IMG/VR virus record: IMGVR_UViG_3300042923_000281
Span: 212,979-276,978 of that record
Strand: one strand, 5' to 3'
Length of the DNA stretch: 64,000 nt
The notes below the pieces were generated by a model. That model searched no databases and was not told the origin of the DNA. It saw nothing but the letters and a program-made list of their open reading frames with translations. How positions within the stretch are numbered: position 1 is the first letter of the stretch; the number at the start of each line of letters is the position of its first letter. Below, one piece after another: positions 19,076 to 28,448 of the stretch. Made by a program: the position numbers and the translations under genes.

Positions 19076-20572
19076 TTAGAAATTGAAATTGCCAGTGTTG
19101 CTGAGAAGTGGGGACTCTTCGTAGTCATCGTTGTCGTTTGGACGACGGCCCGACCCGAGTTTGTCCACGATGTCAGTGAGCGAGGAGCTCATGGCACCGA
19201 TGGTGTCCTGATCGTCCACGATGACCGGCGCCACCAAGGAGTCACAGAAGACCGGGAACACGTCTTCGAACGGATCTTCGCCTTCCAGCTTGAGCCAGAT
19301 TTCGATGTCGTTGGACAGTCCCGCTTTAACGCTGATGTCGAACATGCAGTCAGGCCACGGCAGCATGTCATGGAACATCTCGGTGATGCAGCGCTCTTCG
19401 AACGCCATCAACGACCGATCCGTGATCTGCTTGCCAATGATCGGCAGGCACTGCGGGATGATCATGACTGCGTCACCCATGGCCGACATGTTGTCCGCCG
19501 TGAACTCGACGTACGCGATGTGGTGGAACGCCATGAACGCTGGCAACGCACGCGCCACTTGGATCGCAGCGATGGTGCTGTTGTCACGACCGGACCAGCC
19601 AGAACGGTTCTGGTAGTTACGGACTGTTTCAGGGCGTTCGAAGAACACCTTGACGTCGTCCCACATGTAGTCCGGGTTCATGGCGATCAGCTCGCCGTAG
19701 GTGATGAAGCCTTGCTCGAGGATGTTGGTCTCACGAGCAATGTCAGCCAGCACAGGAATGCTGCTCACGGTCTTCTCACGGACCTGAGAGCGTGCGTCTT
19801 TCAGGATCGACCCAGTGTCGCGGTCGAACTGATTGCCTTGGCCGAACATCTCGCCTTCATTCGCAGTTGCCAGCGCCTTGATCGAGCGGTGCAAGTAACG
19901 AGTGGAGGAGTCATTGAGGCGGTGAGACATCCGCAGGCCTTTACCGGTGAACCCATGACGCATGTCAAGGTAGTTCTCTTTCTCGGCACGGCGGTTGAAC
20001 GCGTTGGACACGACGTTCTTCGGGTTGTTGTGGAACACGTCTTCTGGACGCATCACCAACGTACCCGCTGACATCCGATCACGGCTGAAGTCCGGCAAGA
20101 CTTGCGGCGCAATCAAATGGTTGGAACTGGCAATCTGGGTCTGCCAACCACGGCGGGTCGGGGTATCCATGTAGCTCTGGTTCAGCTCGGTCACGGAGTT
20201 GAAGTACAACGCCATGCTCTCGTCAAGCTTGATACCGCGAATGCCTTGGGAAGCACCCACGTGGTCGGTGTAACCGGAGATCTCCAGGGTCCGGATGTCG
20301 GTACGGCTTTTGCGAACCAACACGGTCATCATGAACATGAAACGCTTCTCGCCCCAGCCACCGGCAATCAGGGCGGACCCTTGGTGCTTGGCAGCAGGAC
20401 GGATGATTCGACCCGCCACGCGGCTCAGGGCCGCTGGAGTCAGGTCTTCACCGCCGCGAGTGTCACGGTCCAGGATGCCGATCAATTCATCAGTGGCATC
20501 AGCGTAATAAGGACGGAGCTGCATGTCCTTGTAGCCCGAGCGCTCACGGAATACGAGATCAATTAGTTGCAT
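19076..20572 (-). CDS. picA: Probable phage-nucleus import factor PicA/Imp1 (phiKZ gp69-like)
   Basis: Directly downstream of the gp68-like subunit; about 500 aa; RPY...GWGEKRFMF...GYTD...YFNSV...RPEDVF pattern; GGGAG RBS before ATG 20572. Assignment is mainly synteny. Confidence 0.72.
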   Translation of the reverse strand: MQLIDLVFRERSGYKDMQLRPYYADATDELIGILDRDTRGGEDLTPAALSRVAGRIIRPAAKHQGSALIAGGWGEKRFMFMMTVLVRKSRTDIRTLEISGYTDHVGASQGIRGIKLDESMALYFNSVTELNQSYMDTPTRRGWQTQIASSNHLIAPQVLPDFSRDRMSAGTLVMRPEDVFHNNPKNVVSNAFNRRAEKENYLDMRHGFTGKGLRMSHRLNDSSTRYLHRSIKALATANEGEMFGQGNQFDRDTGSILKDARSQVREKTVSSIPVLADIARETNILEQGFITYGELIAMNPDYMWDDVKVFFERPETVRNYQNRSGWSGRDNSTIAAIQVARALPAFMAFHHIAYVEFTADNMSAMGDAVMIIPQCLPIIGKQITDRSLMAFEERCITEMFHDMLPWPDCMFDISVKAGLSNDIEIWLKLEGEDPFEDVFPVFCDSLVAPVIVDDQDTIGAMSSSLTDIVDKLGSGRRPNDNDDYEESPLLSNTGNFNF

Positions 20573-22124
20573 GGGTACGGCTCCCGATGGTGTTGTTGAC
20601 ATGAATGATCATGTCTGCTAGTTGTCGTCTGATGTCGCCCGAGATGTACATGTAGCCAGTCTGGGTCAACATCGGTACACGGTTGATAATGTCGCGAGGT
20701 GCATGTGGTTTCCAAGCCCGGCCGCTCATCCAGTCCACCACCATGTCAATGGCGGTCACTGCGACGTTGCCACGCTTGCCCGGTTCCTGACGTTTGGTTT
20801 CCTGACGCCAGTGCGGGTATTGCTTGTCCAAGATCTCGGCCTGGATCTTGGTGATCTTGTTGCGGGTTTCCGTCGGGATGTACGTTTCACCGTCATCGCT
20901 GATGTACTCTTCCGCCGAGACCAGCAGTGCCAGCTCATGGAAGCCCCAGTGATCGAGGATGGCCTGAGCCACACCCATCAGACGGAACTCCGTACGCTTG
21001 AGCAACAGCTCACGGGCTTCAGGCGAGATCGTCCGGATGACCCAGAAGATGATCGCCTTCTGGAAGTCTTCCACCTTGCGCTCTTCGTGACGAGAGCAGA
21101 TGGCGACACACTGCTGCACACGAGCAATGTCCAGAGTCGGGTCAGCACGTACCACGATGACTTGGGTGTTCTCACTGAACACTTCCAGCAACTGACGGTC
21201 GCCTTCGGTGATCTCGGTGGTTTGACCGTAGTCATCCCAGACCGACGAGTTATCCTCATCGCCTTTGTCCAGACTGCGCGAACGTTTGGCCTGTACCACG
21301 CCGGTGACGCTTTGGAAGCGACCATCCATGCGCAGGTGCGTGCCTGTCACGTAGTTGAACAGGATACGAGCCAGGCTGTCCCGATCCACCGGAGTGGACA
21401 GCGGCCCGATGGAGATCTTGCGGACTAATGCCATAGCCATCAAGTGACGCGGTACTTCTTCACTCGATAGACCGGCCATGACCATGGTCATGCTGATCTC
21501 TTTGTCCACCGATGCCTCGATGTACTCCATCATGCGGATATAAGGAGGCCATTGGTTCACACCGGCCAGCTCAATCAGCTTGACAGCTTCGGATTCCTTG
21601 TAACCGTTGCCGTGGGTAGACGCCACGTTTTGGATGTACATGCCCCAGATAGGCACGACCATCCGCAAGCCCAACGCCAGCGCTTGCAAGTCAATGTAGT
21701 CCGCCTTGATGTACGTACGACTGCGGTAGTTGCGACCGCGCTCGTTGAACTCTTCGAACTTTTCACTGACATCGCTTGGGATGTCCAAGCGAGCCTGCTC
21801 TACCCAGCCACGAACCACTGGCCATGTGATGATCTTGTACAGGTCTTTGACGACCGTCTCGATCTCGGCACGGATAAAGAAGGACGACCGAATCTCTTCG
21901 GACGACAGGTACTCGTTGACTTTGAGGTACAGTTCCCAAAGCTGGTATTGCGCCTCGGGGCTTAGACTCGCGAGGAAGTCATTGGTCTCCTTGAACAGTG
22001 TGTCACGGTTGATGATCGCAGCCGAATGGTAGCTGCCAGCCGACAGCTTCATTGAGTTGCCGCGGTGTTCCAGATTCAGGGATGTGATTCCCTTACTTGA
22101 CAGTTCATTAAGCTGAATCTGCAC
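20559..22124 (-). CDS. Non-virion RNAP promoter-specificity subunit (phiKZ gp68-like)
   Basis: About 520 aa, helical; RTY...DY...LR..VPIWG.Y pattern; synteny; GAGG RBS before GTG 22124. Confidence 0.78.
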   Translation of the reverse strand: MQIQLNELSSKGITSLNLEHRGNSMKLSAGSYHSAAIINRDTLFKETNDFLASLSPEAQYQLWELYLKVNEYLSSEEIRSSFFIRAEIETVVKDLYKIITWPVVRGWVEQARLDIPSDVSEKFEEFNERGRNYRSRTYIKADYIDLQALALGLRMVVPIWGMYIQNVASTHGNGYKESEAVKLIELAGVNQWPPYIRMMEYIEASVDKEISMTMVMAGLSSEEVPRHLMAMALVRKISIGPLSTPVDRDSLARILFNYVTGTHLRMDGRFQSVTGVVQAKRSRSLDKGDEDNSSVWDDYGQTTEITEGDRQLLEVFSENTQVIVVRADPTLDIARVQQCVAICSRHEERKVEDFQKAIIFWVIRTISPEARELLLKRTEFRLMGVAQAILDHWGFHELALLVSAEEYISDDGETYIPTETRNKITKIQAEILDKQYPHWRQETKRQEPGKRGNVAVTAIDMVVDWMSGRAWKPHAPRDIINRVPMLTQTGYMYISGDIRRQLADMIIHVNNTIGSRTHATN

Positions 22125-22159
22125 GTGGTACAACCTCGATGGTTACTGGTTACAATGAG

Positions 22160-22187
22160 ATAATGTATCGCGCCAGAAGTCTTTAAA
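22160..22187 (-). promoter_or_regulatory. Putative phage early promoter
   Basis: TTTAAA-N14-TACATTAT upstream of the gp68-like gene. Confidence 0.65.
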
Positions 22188-22806
22188 CGAATTTCCACTG
22201 GGCGAACTTGGGTGATGTCGCATCAAGCCGTGCTCTGGCAGTTCCTAACGGAATACCGAGAGCTATTGCTGCATCGCGCACCCCAGCGTATCTCACACCG
22301 TCGATGAGGACGGGTCGCTTGAGGTGGTCTTTAGCAGAGCTCATTCGATCAAGCGTTTCTGGACTACGTTTCAACCCAGTGTTTGCTTGTCGAACAGCTT
22401 CACGGGCCTCGTCAGACACAACGTGGCCTTTGGCGTATTGGTTACCGATGGAACGTTGACGGTTCTTCTCGATGATGTGCTCTGGAACATTACCTGGAGT
22501 CCAGCCTGGAATTGCATTGACGGCTACATTACAGCAATCTGGATCGTGCCAGTATTTATCCAGCAAAGTCTGCTCGCCACGGCGAGCCTCCTCTACAGAA
22601 CTAGCGACTGCGATCTCAATGGAGATGTCATCGAGCGATGTGAACACCTCCTGCAACTTGGCGTTGTAGTGGGTGCCGTTGACTAGACTGTTACGATGAA
22701 CGTGAAAGCGTTCTTGCAAGTTCTGAGTAGAACCTACGTAGAATCGACCGGTCGGATTGTGAATAATGGCGTACGCACCAGGTGCTTTAGCAAGTGGAGA
22801 TCCCAT
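22183..22806 (-). mobile_element. Free-standing GIY-YIG homing endonuclease gene
   Basis: GAY...FYVGS...R...H...E...N catalytic pattern; NUMOD3-like repeats (GHVVSDEAREAVR, GLKRSPETLDRMS); C-terminal HTH (PVLIDGVRY...AAIALGI). Confidence 0.9.
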
Positions 22807-22839
22807 GACAGATCCTCGTTAATGGTTTACTCACTTAGT

Positions 22840-22866
22840 ATAATGTATCGCCATATCGAGGTCGAG
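22840..22866 (-). promoter_or_regulatory. Putative phage early promoter of the endonuclease
   Basis: CTCGAC-N13-TACATTAT. Confidence 0.65.
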
Positions 22867-22890
22867 CAGAACGCCGTCAGGGTATAAGAG

Positions 22891-22922
22891 TCGACACAGG
22901 ACCAAGACTGGTCCTGTGTCGA
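22891..22922. terminator. 14-bp perfect hairpin downstream of the ChmC-like gene
   Basis: TCGACACAGGACCA-AGAC-TGGTCCTGTGTCGA. Confidence 0.7.
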
Positions 22923-22944
22923 TGCTGGCTATGTCGGGCTCGTT

Positions 22945-23730
22945 TTAAAGAGGCACGTCGTCACTGAAGTCAAAGCCAGTGCCGCCAGATACCTGCGCAG
23001 GCGCTTGAGACTGACCACCACCGTTGCCACCCCAACCACCACCGCCGGAATTACCGCCGCCGTTGTTGTTGCCGCCCCAGTTATTACCCCCGCCACCTTG
23101 ACGGTTACCGCCACCACCATTACCGCCCCACTGGCCACCGCCACCGTTGTTCTGCTCACGGCGCTGCATCCAGGCTGGCTTGGCGTAGTTCTTCTCGATC
23201 ACGACTGGCAGGTATTCACGAACGACGTCGATCCAACCCAGGCAGTACAGTTTCGAGGCCACGTCTACCGGCATGCTGCCTTGGCCATCACGGAACTGAT
23301 GGTAGGTGCAGTCGAGGAACGGGAATTCGATCAGCGGACGGTTTTTACCGGCACTGATGCAGATGGAGATCACGCCTTCGTTCGTCTTCTCGAGCTTGAT
23401 CATGCTCATGATGGACGGGTTCGGATCACGCTTCTTATCAACGAAGCGGTGGCCTTTGTTGTCCAGGAAGACAATGGTCGGGCCGTTCGAGTTGGCCACG
23501 AGTTCCAGAGCGCGAAGGACCGAGAAGAACGCACGGTTAGACAACGCCGCTTCGATCTTGCCATGGTTCTTGTCGTTCGGTACACGGGTCTTCACGACCA
23601 GACGCGGGTTGTTTTCGTAGTAAGCCGGACGCAGAGTAGGCTCGCCTTCCATGCCGTCTTGCTTCTTCGCTTTGAGGGCCAGGGAAGGGTCGTCCAGGAT
23701 TGTTTCCGGACGCGCGTTCTGTTCGCTCAT
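22945..23730 (-). CDS. chmC: Nucleic-acid-binding protein, ChmC-like (phiKZ gp67 position), with a G/N-rich tail
   Basis: Upstream neighbour of the gp68-like gene apart from the endonuclease; folded N-terminus, GGNN/W low-complexity tail, ends FDFSDDVPL. Confidence 0.68.
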   Translation of the reverse strand: MSEQNARPETILDDPSLALKAKKQDGMEGEPTLRPAYYENNPRLVVKTRVPNDKNHGKIEAALSNRAFFSVLRALELVANSNGPTIVFLDNKGHRFVDKKRDPNPSIMSMIKLEKTNEGVISICISAGKNRPLIEFPFLDCTYHQFRDGQGSMPVDVASKLYCLGWIDVVREYLPVVIEKNYAKPAWMQRREQNNGGGGQWGGNGGGGNRQGGGGNNWGGNNNGGGNSGGGGWGGNGGGQSQAPAQVSGGTGFDFSDDVPL

Positions 23731-23814
23731 CTAGTGTTACTCCAAACCAAAAATTGTGATCGGCTTCTATTCAAAAGATAGGACCTAGGCGTTTCTTTTT
23801 ACCCGCCGGTTCCC

Positions 23815-24684
23815 CTAGCCTTTCGAGTAAAGATTGATCACCAGTCTTTCAAGCTCGGGCTCGTAAGCCTTCTTGACCGATTGGATGATGTAGTCTTTTG
23901 TCGTCATGGCATGCCAGCGGTTTTTCTGAGCGATGTCGAGCATGATCCTCCGGAACTTGATCGGGAAGCCTGTGAACAGGTTACCGTTGTCTCCGAAGAA
24001 CTGAAGCGTCATCCGATCAAACGGAATGTGCGACAACTCTTTACCATTGGTAAGCTTGGTGTACCACATTGCTGGAGGCTTAGTGGCGCCGGTATGCGAT
24101 TCAAGCAGGGTGATGGCTGCGAACTTGTAACGCTGCAAGAGATCCACGGCGTAGTTCGACAGCAACAGCACCTTACGGGCGTCCGGTGGCAACTCCATAT
24201 CGGTCTCGATAGGGCGAATGTGCGGATGCTCGTGCAGGAGTCGACGAAACTCAATGACTGTGTTCTCTTCACGTAGCGCTGCGTAGCGCTGACGATCGGT
24301 GTTCGCGTTCTTGAGGATGCCGTACTGGAACTTGCGAGGCAGGTCCCGGTAGTTACATAGATAAGGCTGGACTTTCACCCGACCTTTGGAGACCAGTGCC
24401 ACCGCTTGCTCAATGGTGGTCAACTCATTCACCAGGCTGAAGGCCAAGTCTTCTGGAAAGACCGCGCTGAGCTGCTCAGCGTCAATGGCCCCGACCATGT
24501 TCCGGATCAGGGTCCGGATGTTGACGTACAGGACGTCCACGTTGTGAATGATGGGCTTCGGGTTGTGGTTATCCTCAAGGATGCCAAAGGCACCCTCGAG
24601 GGCCAGACTGGTACCGATAGAGACGGGGATCTGCCCCAGCTCACGGCCTGACAGCGCCGCTTGGGCACTAGGATCACTGATCAT
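23815..24684 (-). CDS. Conserved chimallivirus protein (phiKZ gp66-like), possible PIN/FEN-like fold
   Basis: SIGTSLALE, LYVNIRTLIRN, LLESHTG, WYTKL; synteny; ATGA overlap with SbcD. Confidence 0.75.
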   Translation of the reverse strand: MISDPSAQAALSGRELGQIPVSIGTSLALEGAFGILEDNHNPKPIIHNVDVLYVNIRTLIRNMVGAIDAEQLSAVFPEDLAFSLVNELTTIEQAVALVSKGRVKVQPYLCNYRDLPRKFQYGILKNANTDRQRYAALREENTVIEFRRLLHEHPHIRPIETDMELPPDARKVLLLSNYAVDLLQRYKFAAITLLESHTGATKPPAMWYTKLTNGKELSHIPFDRMTLQFFGDNGNLFTGFPIKFRRIMLDIAQKNRWHAMTTKDYIIQSVKKAYEPELERLVINLYSKG

Positions 24685-25850
24685 GCCGCCTCCTTAAATT
24701 TGTCCAGGACAGCAAGGACCTTCTGTGCTCGAGCATCGGACACGTCAACACCTTGACGCGCCATCCGTTCAGACACGAGGTGGCCAATGTTGGTTGGGGT
24801 GATACTGATCGGTTTAACCACCGGAGCCTGCTGTTGAGTCAGGACTACTTCTTCCTGAGTCTTCAGATCATCCTGCTGTGTGGTCAAGCGGAACTGAGGG
24901 AACCGCTTACGCAGATCCTTCAACCCGTACTGCACCGTACCGCCCCGCTGAATCAGCAGTCGGAAGTTCGACTGGTCTGGTTCATTCTCATATTGCGCCA
25001 AGAGGTTGATAGTCTCATCAATGTCTTGGTTACGGCAGTCCAGCGTCTTATAGATGCGGGCACCGACGTTTTCAACGAACCAATGGTAATTACCGGCAGG
25101 CGAGATGCACGCCCTGTAATGTCCCTTCGGCGCTTCCTCACCGTGTGACAACCGATCAAAGGACCCTTGGGCCAAGATGACCGAGGAGTACGCTGAGAGG
25201 GCACGCTCAGTGCGGATGTGCACATGGCCAATGCCAATGAAATGACGGACCAGTGCAAGGTACGCTTGGCTGTTGTGGTTCTTGCTCGACTCAATCGGCA
25301 ACTGGTAATCGAAGGCACCGTGCATACAGCCCACGTCTACCTTGTCCAGCCCATGGATCGAGAGGAGTTCTTGGACCTGAGTCCATGTAACACTGGCGTC
25401 AGCGTTCCACTCATCCGGCACGTACAGCACGCTCAGGTTGTCCAGCTCTGCAATCACCTCAATACTCAATGTATCGACGTAGCGCAGGTTAGCAGGATTG
25501 TCCAGCGTGTTGTTGACGTTGACGAACTGTTTCGACTGGCGCCAGTCATGGCTTGGAGTGCCTTCGAGGACCCGTACGATGATGTCGCGTTTCGCACAGA
25601 TACGAAGAAGATCACCGATCCACTCTTGGATGGCGTCCACCTCATCCTGAGGTAGGCTCATCAGGCGGTCAAAGACATCGCCTGCAAAGAAGATGACATC
25701 GAGCTTGCCCGTCTGCTCATCATCCGGAAACGCCTTGCGGAGGTTCTCGATGATGTGGTACGTGTTGGTACGTGGGTGGGCTAAGTGGATATCGGAGATG
25801 AACGCCATGAGTCTTTCAGAGCGGTTCGATGTCGTCGTCTTCAATCTCAT
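24681..25850 (-). CDS. sbcD: SbcD/Mre11-like metallophosphoesterase nuclease
   Basis: SDIHL, AGDVFD, GTPSHD, MHG, GHVH motifs; start uncertain (25850 or 25808). Confidence 0.88.
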   Translation of the reverse strand: MRLKTTTSNRSERLMAFISDIHLAHPRTNTYHIIENLRKAFPDDEQTGKLDVIFFAGDVFDRLMSLPQDEVDAIQEWIGDLLRICAKRDIIVRVLEGTPSHDWRQSKQFVNVNNTLDNPANLRYVDTLSIEVIAELDNLSVLYVPDEWNADASVTWTQVQELLSIHGLDKVDVGCMHGAFDYQLPIESSKNHNSQAYLALVRHFIGIGHVHIRTERALSAYSSVILAQGSFDRLSHGEEAPKGHYRACISPAGNYHWFVENVGARIYKTLDCRNQDIDETINLLAQYENEPDQSNFRLLIQRGGTVQYGLKDLRKRFPQFRLTTQQDDLKTQEEVVLTQQQAPVVKPISITPTNIGHLVSERMARQGVDVSDARAQKVLAVLDKFKEAA

Positions 25851-26412
25851 CGAGGGTTTTCCTGACCGGAGTGGAATCAGTCTCGGCTTCGCCGCTGATC
25901 TGGCCGAGTTGACGGGCCACTTCAGGAGCATCTTCACCGAACATGCGTTCCAGCGGGATGTTGTAACGGCGGTAGATCTTGGCCCACATCAGGCTGTAGA
26001 CCGCGGAGATCGCGTCAGCCGGACTGTAGTTCAACGCCATGAGGCGGTTGACGAAACCGTCGATCACCATGCCTGGGGCGTTGGTGGATACCTGAGCATC
26101 GTACTCAGCGCTGAGTTCACCAATGTCCGTTTCCGGCCGCGCATGAATCGAGCGGATGGTCATCGGAGTCGGGGAGATCAACGGTGGAACGGTGAACAGG
26201 ATCTTGGCAGGGTTGCCGTTTTCGAACACGTCGATCATGCGGTTGGCATGACCTGCGGCAGCGACATAGATGTCAACGCGCACGTTTTCGTTAGTGCCAT
26301 TCGGCACAAGGTGAGGCAGTAGACGCTGGATGAAGTCACGCTCGTTCATCTTAGCGTTGGCTTCTTTGTCCATCTGATCCAGACGTTTGAAATCGTCGTC
26401 GGTAAGCTGCAT
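25816..26412 (-). CDS. Conserved hypothetical protein (198 aa)
   Basis: GGAGAG RBS; ILFTVPPL motif; acidic C-terminus. Confidence 0.8.
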   Translation of the reverse strand: MQLTDDDFKRLDQMDKEANAKMNERDFIQRLLPHLVPNGTNENVRVDIYVAAAGHANRMIDVFENGNPAKILFTVPPLISPTPMTIRSIHARPETDIGELSAEYDAQVSTNAPGMVIDGFVNRLMALNYSPADAISAVYSLMWAKIYRRYNIPLERMFGEDAPEVARQLGQISGEAETDSTPVRKTLDEIEDDDIEPL

Positions 26413-26425
26413 GACAGTCTCTCCG

Positions 26426-26451
26426 TAAAAGAGGGAGGCCGAAGCCTCCCC
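26426..26451 (-). terminator. UUCG hairpin terminator
   Basis: GGGAGGC-TTCG-GCCTCCC then TCTTTT. Confidence 0.75.
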
Positions 26452-26462
26452 CAGTGCAGGAC

Positions 26463-27290
26463 TTAGTGAACGATCGGAGCTTCCGACGCCGACTGTGCAG
26501 GATCAGCAGCAGGCGCTTCGACCACCGGAGCAGCTGCACCAGCAACTTGTTCCAGGGCTTGCTTGGCGCCGGCCTGAGCGTCTTTGCGGAAGGTCTCGAG
26601 ATGCACGTCTTCTACGACGTAGTACGGACGACCGATGCTTGCGCCGAAACCGGCCAGCAGGTTACCGAACACTTCAGGGATCATTTCGCCCTGCATGCTT
26701 TCGGACATCTTCTCGCCAGTCACCCACTCACCGGTGTCAGTGAGTTGCTCTTCAACCAGCACGCCGCCTTCTTCCAGCAGAGTCACGCGGATTGCGCCTG
26801 GGATTGGCTGCTCGATAACAACCAGCTCAGGGGTGCGGTGCTGCGAAGCACGGGCCTTGAAGGCGATGGCGTTGGCACCGGCGATCAGGATACGCTGGCA
26901 GATGCTGTCGATCATGACCGGATCGCTGAACAGACGGTCGATGTGGGCCGCAGTCATGTCGACGATGTTGCGCTGGATGTTCAGCAGAGCGTTGTTGGCG
27001 CTTTCCAGAGCGTGCTCGACGGTTTCCAGGCGGGAGCCTTGGTCAGCCAGCAGGTCTTCCAGTTTGGCGATACGGGCTTCTTGCAGGAACTCACGCGCTT
27101 CGCCGGCTTCAGCAACCAATACTTCGGTCACGGTTTCGCGCAGCTGAGCACCACCACGAGTCACGGTGTAGCTGTCACCGACAACCAGTTCGTCTGCACG
27201 AACATCGGTGCCGTCATCGCGCTGGAAGACTTGACTGGCCAGCATGAGGATCGGGCCGTTTTGGGTGTTCAGCTTAACAACTTGGGACAT
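26463..27290 (-). CDS. Hypothetical protein with a coiled-coil segment (275 aa)
   Basis: AGGAG RBS; codon usage typical of a highly expressed gene. Confidence 0.8.
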   Translation of the reverse strand: MSQVVKLNTQNGPILMLASQVFQRDDGTDVRADELVVGDSYTVTRGGAQLRETVTEVLVAEAGEAREFLQEARIAKLEDLLADQGSRLETVEHALESANNALLNIQRNIVDMTAAHIDRLFSDPVMIDSICQRILIAGANAIAFKARASQHRTPELVVIEQPIPGAIRVTLLEEGGVLVEEQLTDTGEWVTGEKMSESMQGEMIPEVFGNLLAGFGASIGRPYYVVEDVHLETFRKDAQAGAKQALEQVAGAAAPVVEAPAADPAQSASEAPIVH

Positions 27291-27299
27291 GGATCACTC

Positions 27300-27725
27300 C
27301 TAGGTAGTAAGAAGGTCAGCCAGAATGAATGGCTTACCGTCATTTTGCAGATCGATGATGCTGCGAATTTTGGAATCGGATGACGTCACTACGTGTTGAA
27401 TGTCAATCGACTTGTCACCGTCTCGTAGGATAGCACCGATTTGTAAATCAATACTGGGTCCTTTGACTACGGTGTTGACATCGAGGGTCACTTCATCGAA
27501 CAGACGCTCGAAGTAGCTCTCGAGTACGTCCCTGACCTCGTCTTCGAGGCCTGAGGGGTTGTTTCCGAGTCGACTGATGATATCCCCCAGACTGACGATT
27601 GCACCCCGATACATGTCGGACTGCGAGCGCTGAGAGATATAGAAATTGGTCAGGGCTTCATCGGCCTTGATGGTCAAATCGGTAGCAAATCCAACACTAC
27701 CCAAGACCGGGATGACACGTGCCAT
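27300..27725 (-). CDS. Conserved chimallivirus protein (141 aa)
   Basis: GGAG RBS before ATG 27725 (MARVIPVLGSVG...). Confidence 0.75.
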   Translation of the reverse strand: MARVIPVLGSVGFATDLTIKADEALTNFYISQRSQSDMYRGAIVSLGDIISRLGNNPSGLEDEVRDVLESYFERLFDEVTLDVNTVVKGPSIDLQIGAILRDGDKSIDIQHVVTSSDSKIRSIIDLQNDGKPFILADLLTT

Positions 27726-27740
27726 AGGACACTCCAGACG

Positions 27741-27811
27741 AAAAAGAAAAGGGGCGAGGCGGTTGCAGAGCACATACCCATAAGGCTGTGCTCCACTTGA
27801 CCCCGCTCCTT
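27741..27811 (-). terminator. Long irregular hairpin with U-tract
   Basis: AAGGAGCGGGG...GAGCACA-loop-TGTGCTC...CCTCGCCCCTT then TTCTTTTT. Confidence 0.65.
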
Positions 27812-27814
27812 TAC

Positions 27815-28438
27815 TTACAGCGACCCGTTGTTGGCGTCGCTTGGATCGTCCAGACCTGCATCGAGGAAGCTTTCGAAGTTAGCCCACATGCTGTCCTTCA
27901 CCAAGGTTTGCTCGGCAAAGCGCAGCGGACCACGGTTGTCACCGTCACGAATGGTCAGGTACTGCGTACTCACAGCCCCGCCTTCTTCGTTAAAGGTGAA
28001 CAGGCCGTCCATGACTGCTTGGTAATCTGGGTTATCCTCGCCGTGTCTACCTTGGAAGTAGTTCACGAACGAGTCACGCCAGCCATTCATCATGTCCTTC
28101 TCCAGCAGACGCTGAGCACGGGGGTTAGCCATGAGCCAGCGTTGCTGTTCCGGTCCTGCTTGCTGGAACTGACCGATCTTGAACATCGGCCGGATTTCGT
28201 CCCGGTCAAACAGGTGACTGACCTTCCGCTTCAGGGCGTCCATCTTGCGTTCCAGTCGATCGAAGTCAAACGACTCAAACCGCTGTACCGCTCGAGTGAA
28301 CATTTCACTGCCAGACAGGCCATACGACCGTGCAGTGTTTTCCATACGCTGTCGGATAGCCGCACGGTCCTCCGATCGCGGAAGTCCGTAGTGCATGACA
28401 CCGAACTCCTGATCATCAGCGTAGATAGCTATCGCCAT
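27815..28438 (-). CDS. Conserved chimallivirus protein (phiKZ gp59-like position)
   Basis: GAGGAG RBS; QQA...QRWLMANP...DYQAVMDG...DPS pattern; follows beta'-N. Confidence 0.75.
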   Translation of the reverse strand: MAIAIYADDQEFGVMHYGLPRSEDRAAIRQRMENTARSYGLSGSEMFTRAVQRFESFDFDRLERKMDALKRKVSHLFDRDEIRPMFKIGQFQQAGPEQQRWLMANPRAQRLLEKDMMNGWRDSFVNYFQGRHGEDNPDYQAVMDGLFTFNEEGGAVSTQYLTIRDGDNRGPLRFAEQTLVKDSMWANFESFLDAGLDDPSDANNGSL

Positions 28439-28448
28439 GGTGGTCTCC

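Noticed and set aside
17607-19079. Thr/Ala-rich plus-strand ORF resembling a surface protein
   Set aside because: Reverse reading of the RD-rich tail of the gp70-like gene.
23010-23150. (CCG/CCA)n repeats as a possible array
   Set aside because: They encode the Gly/Asn linker of the ChmC-like protein; no repeat-spacer structure.
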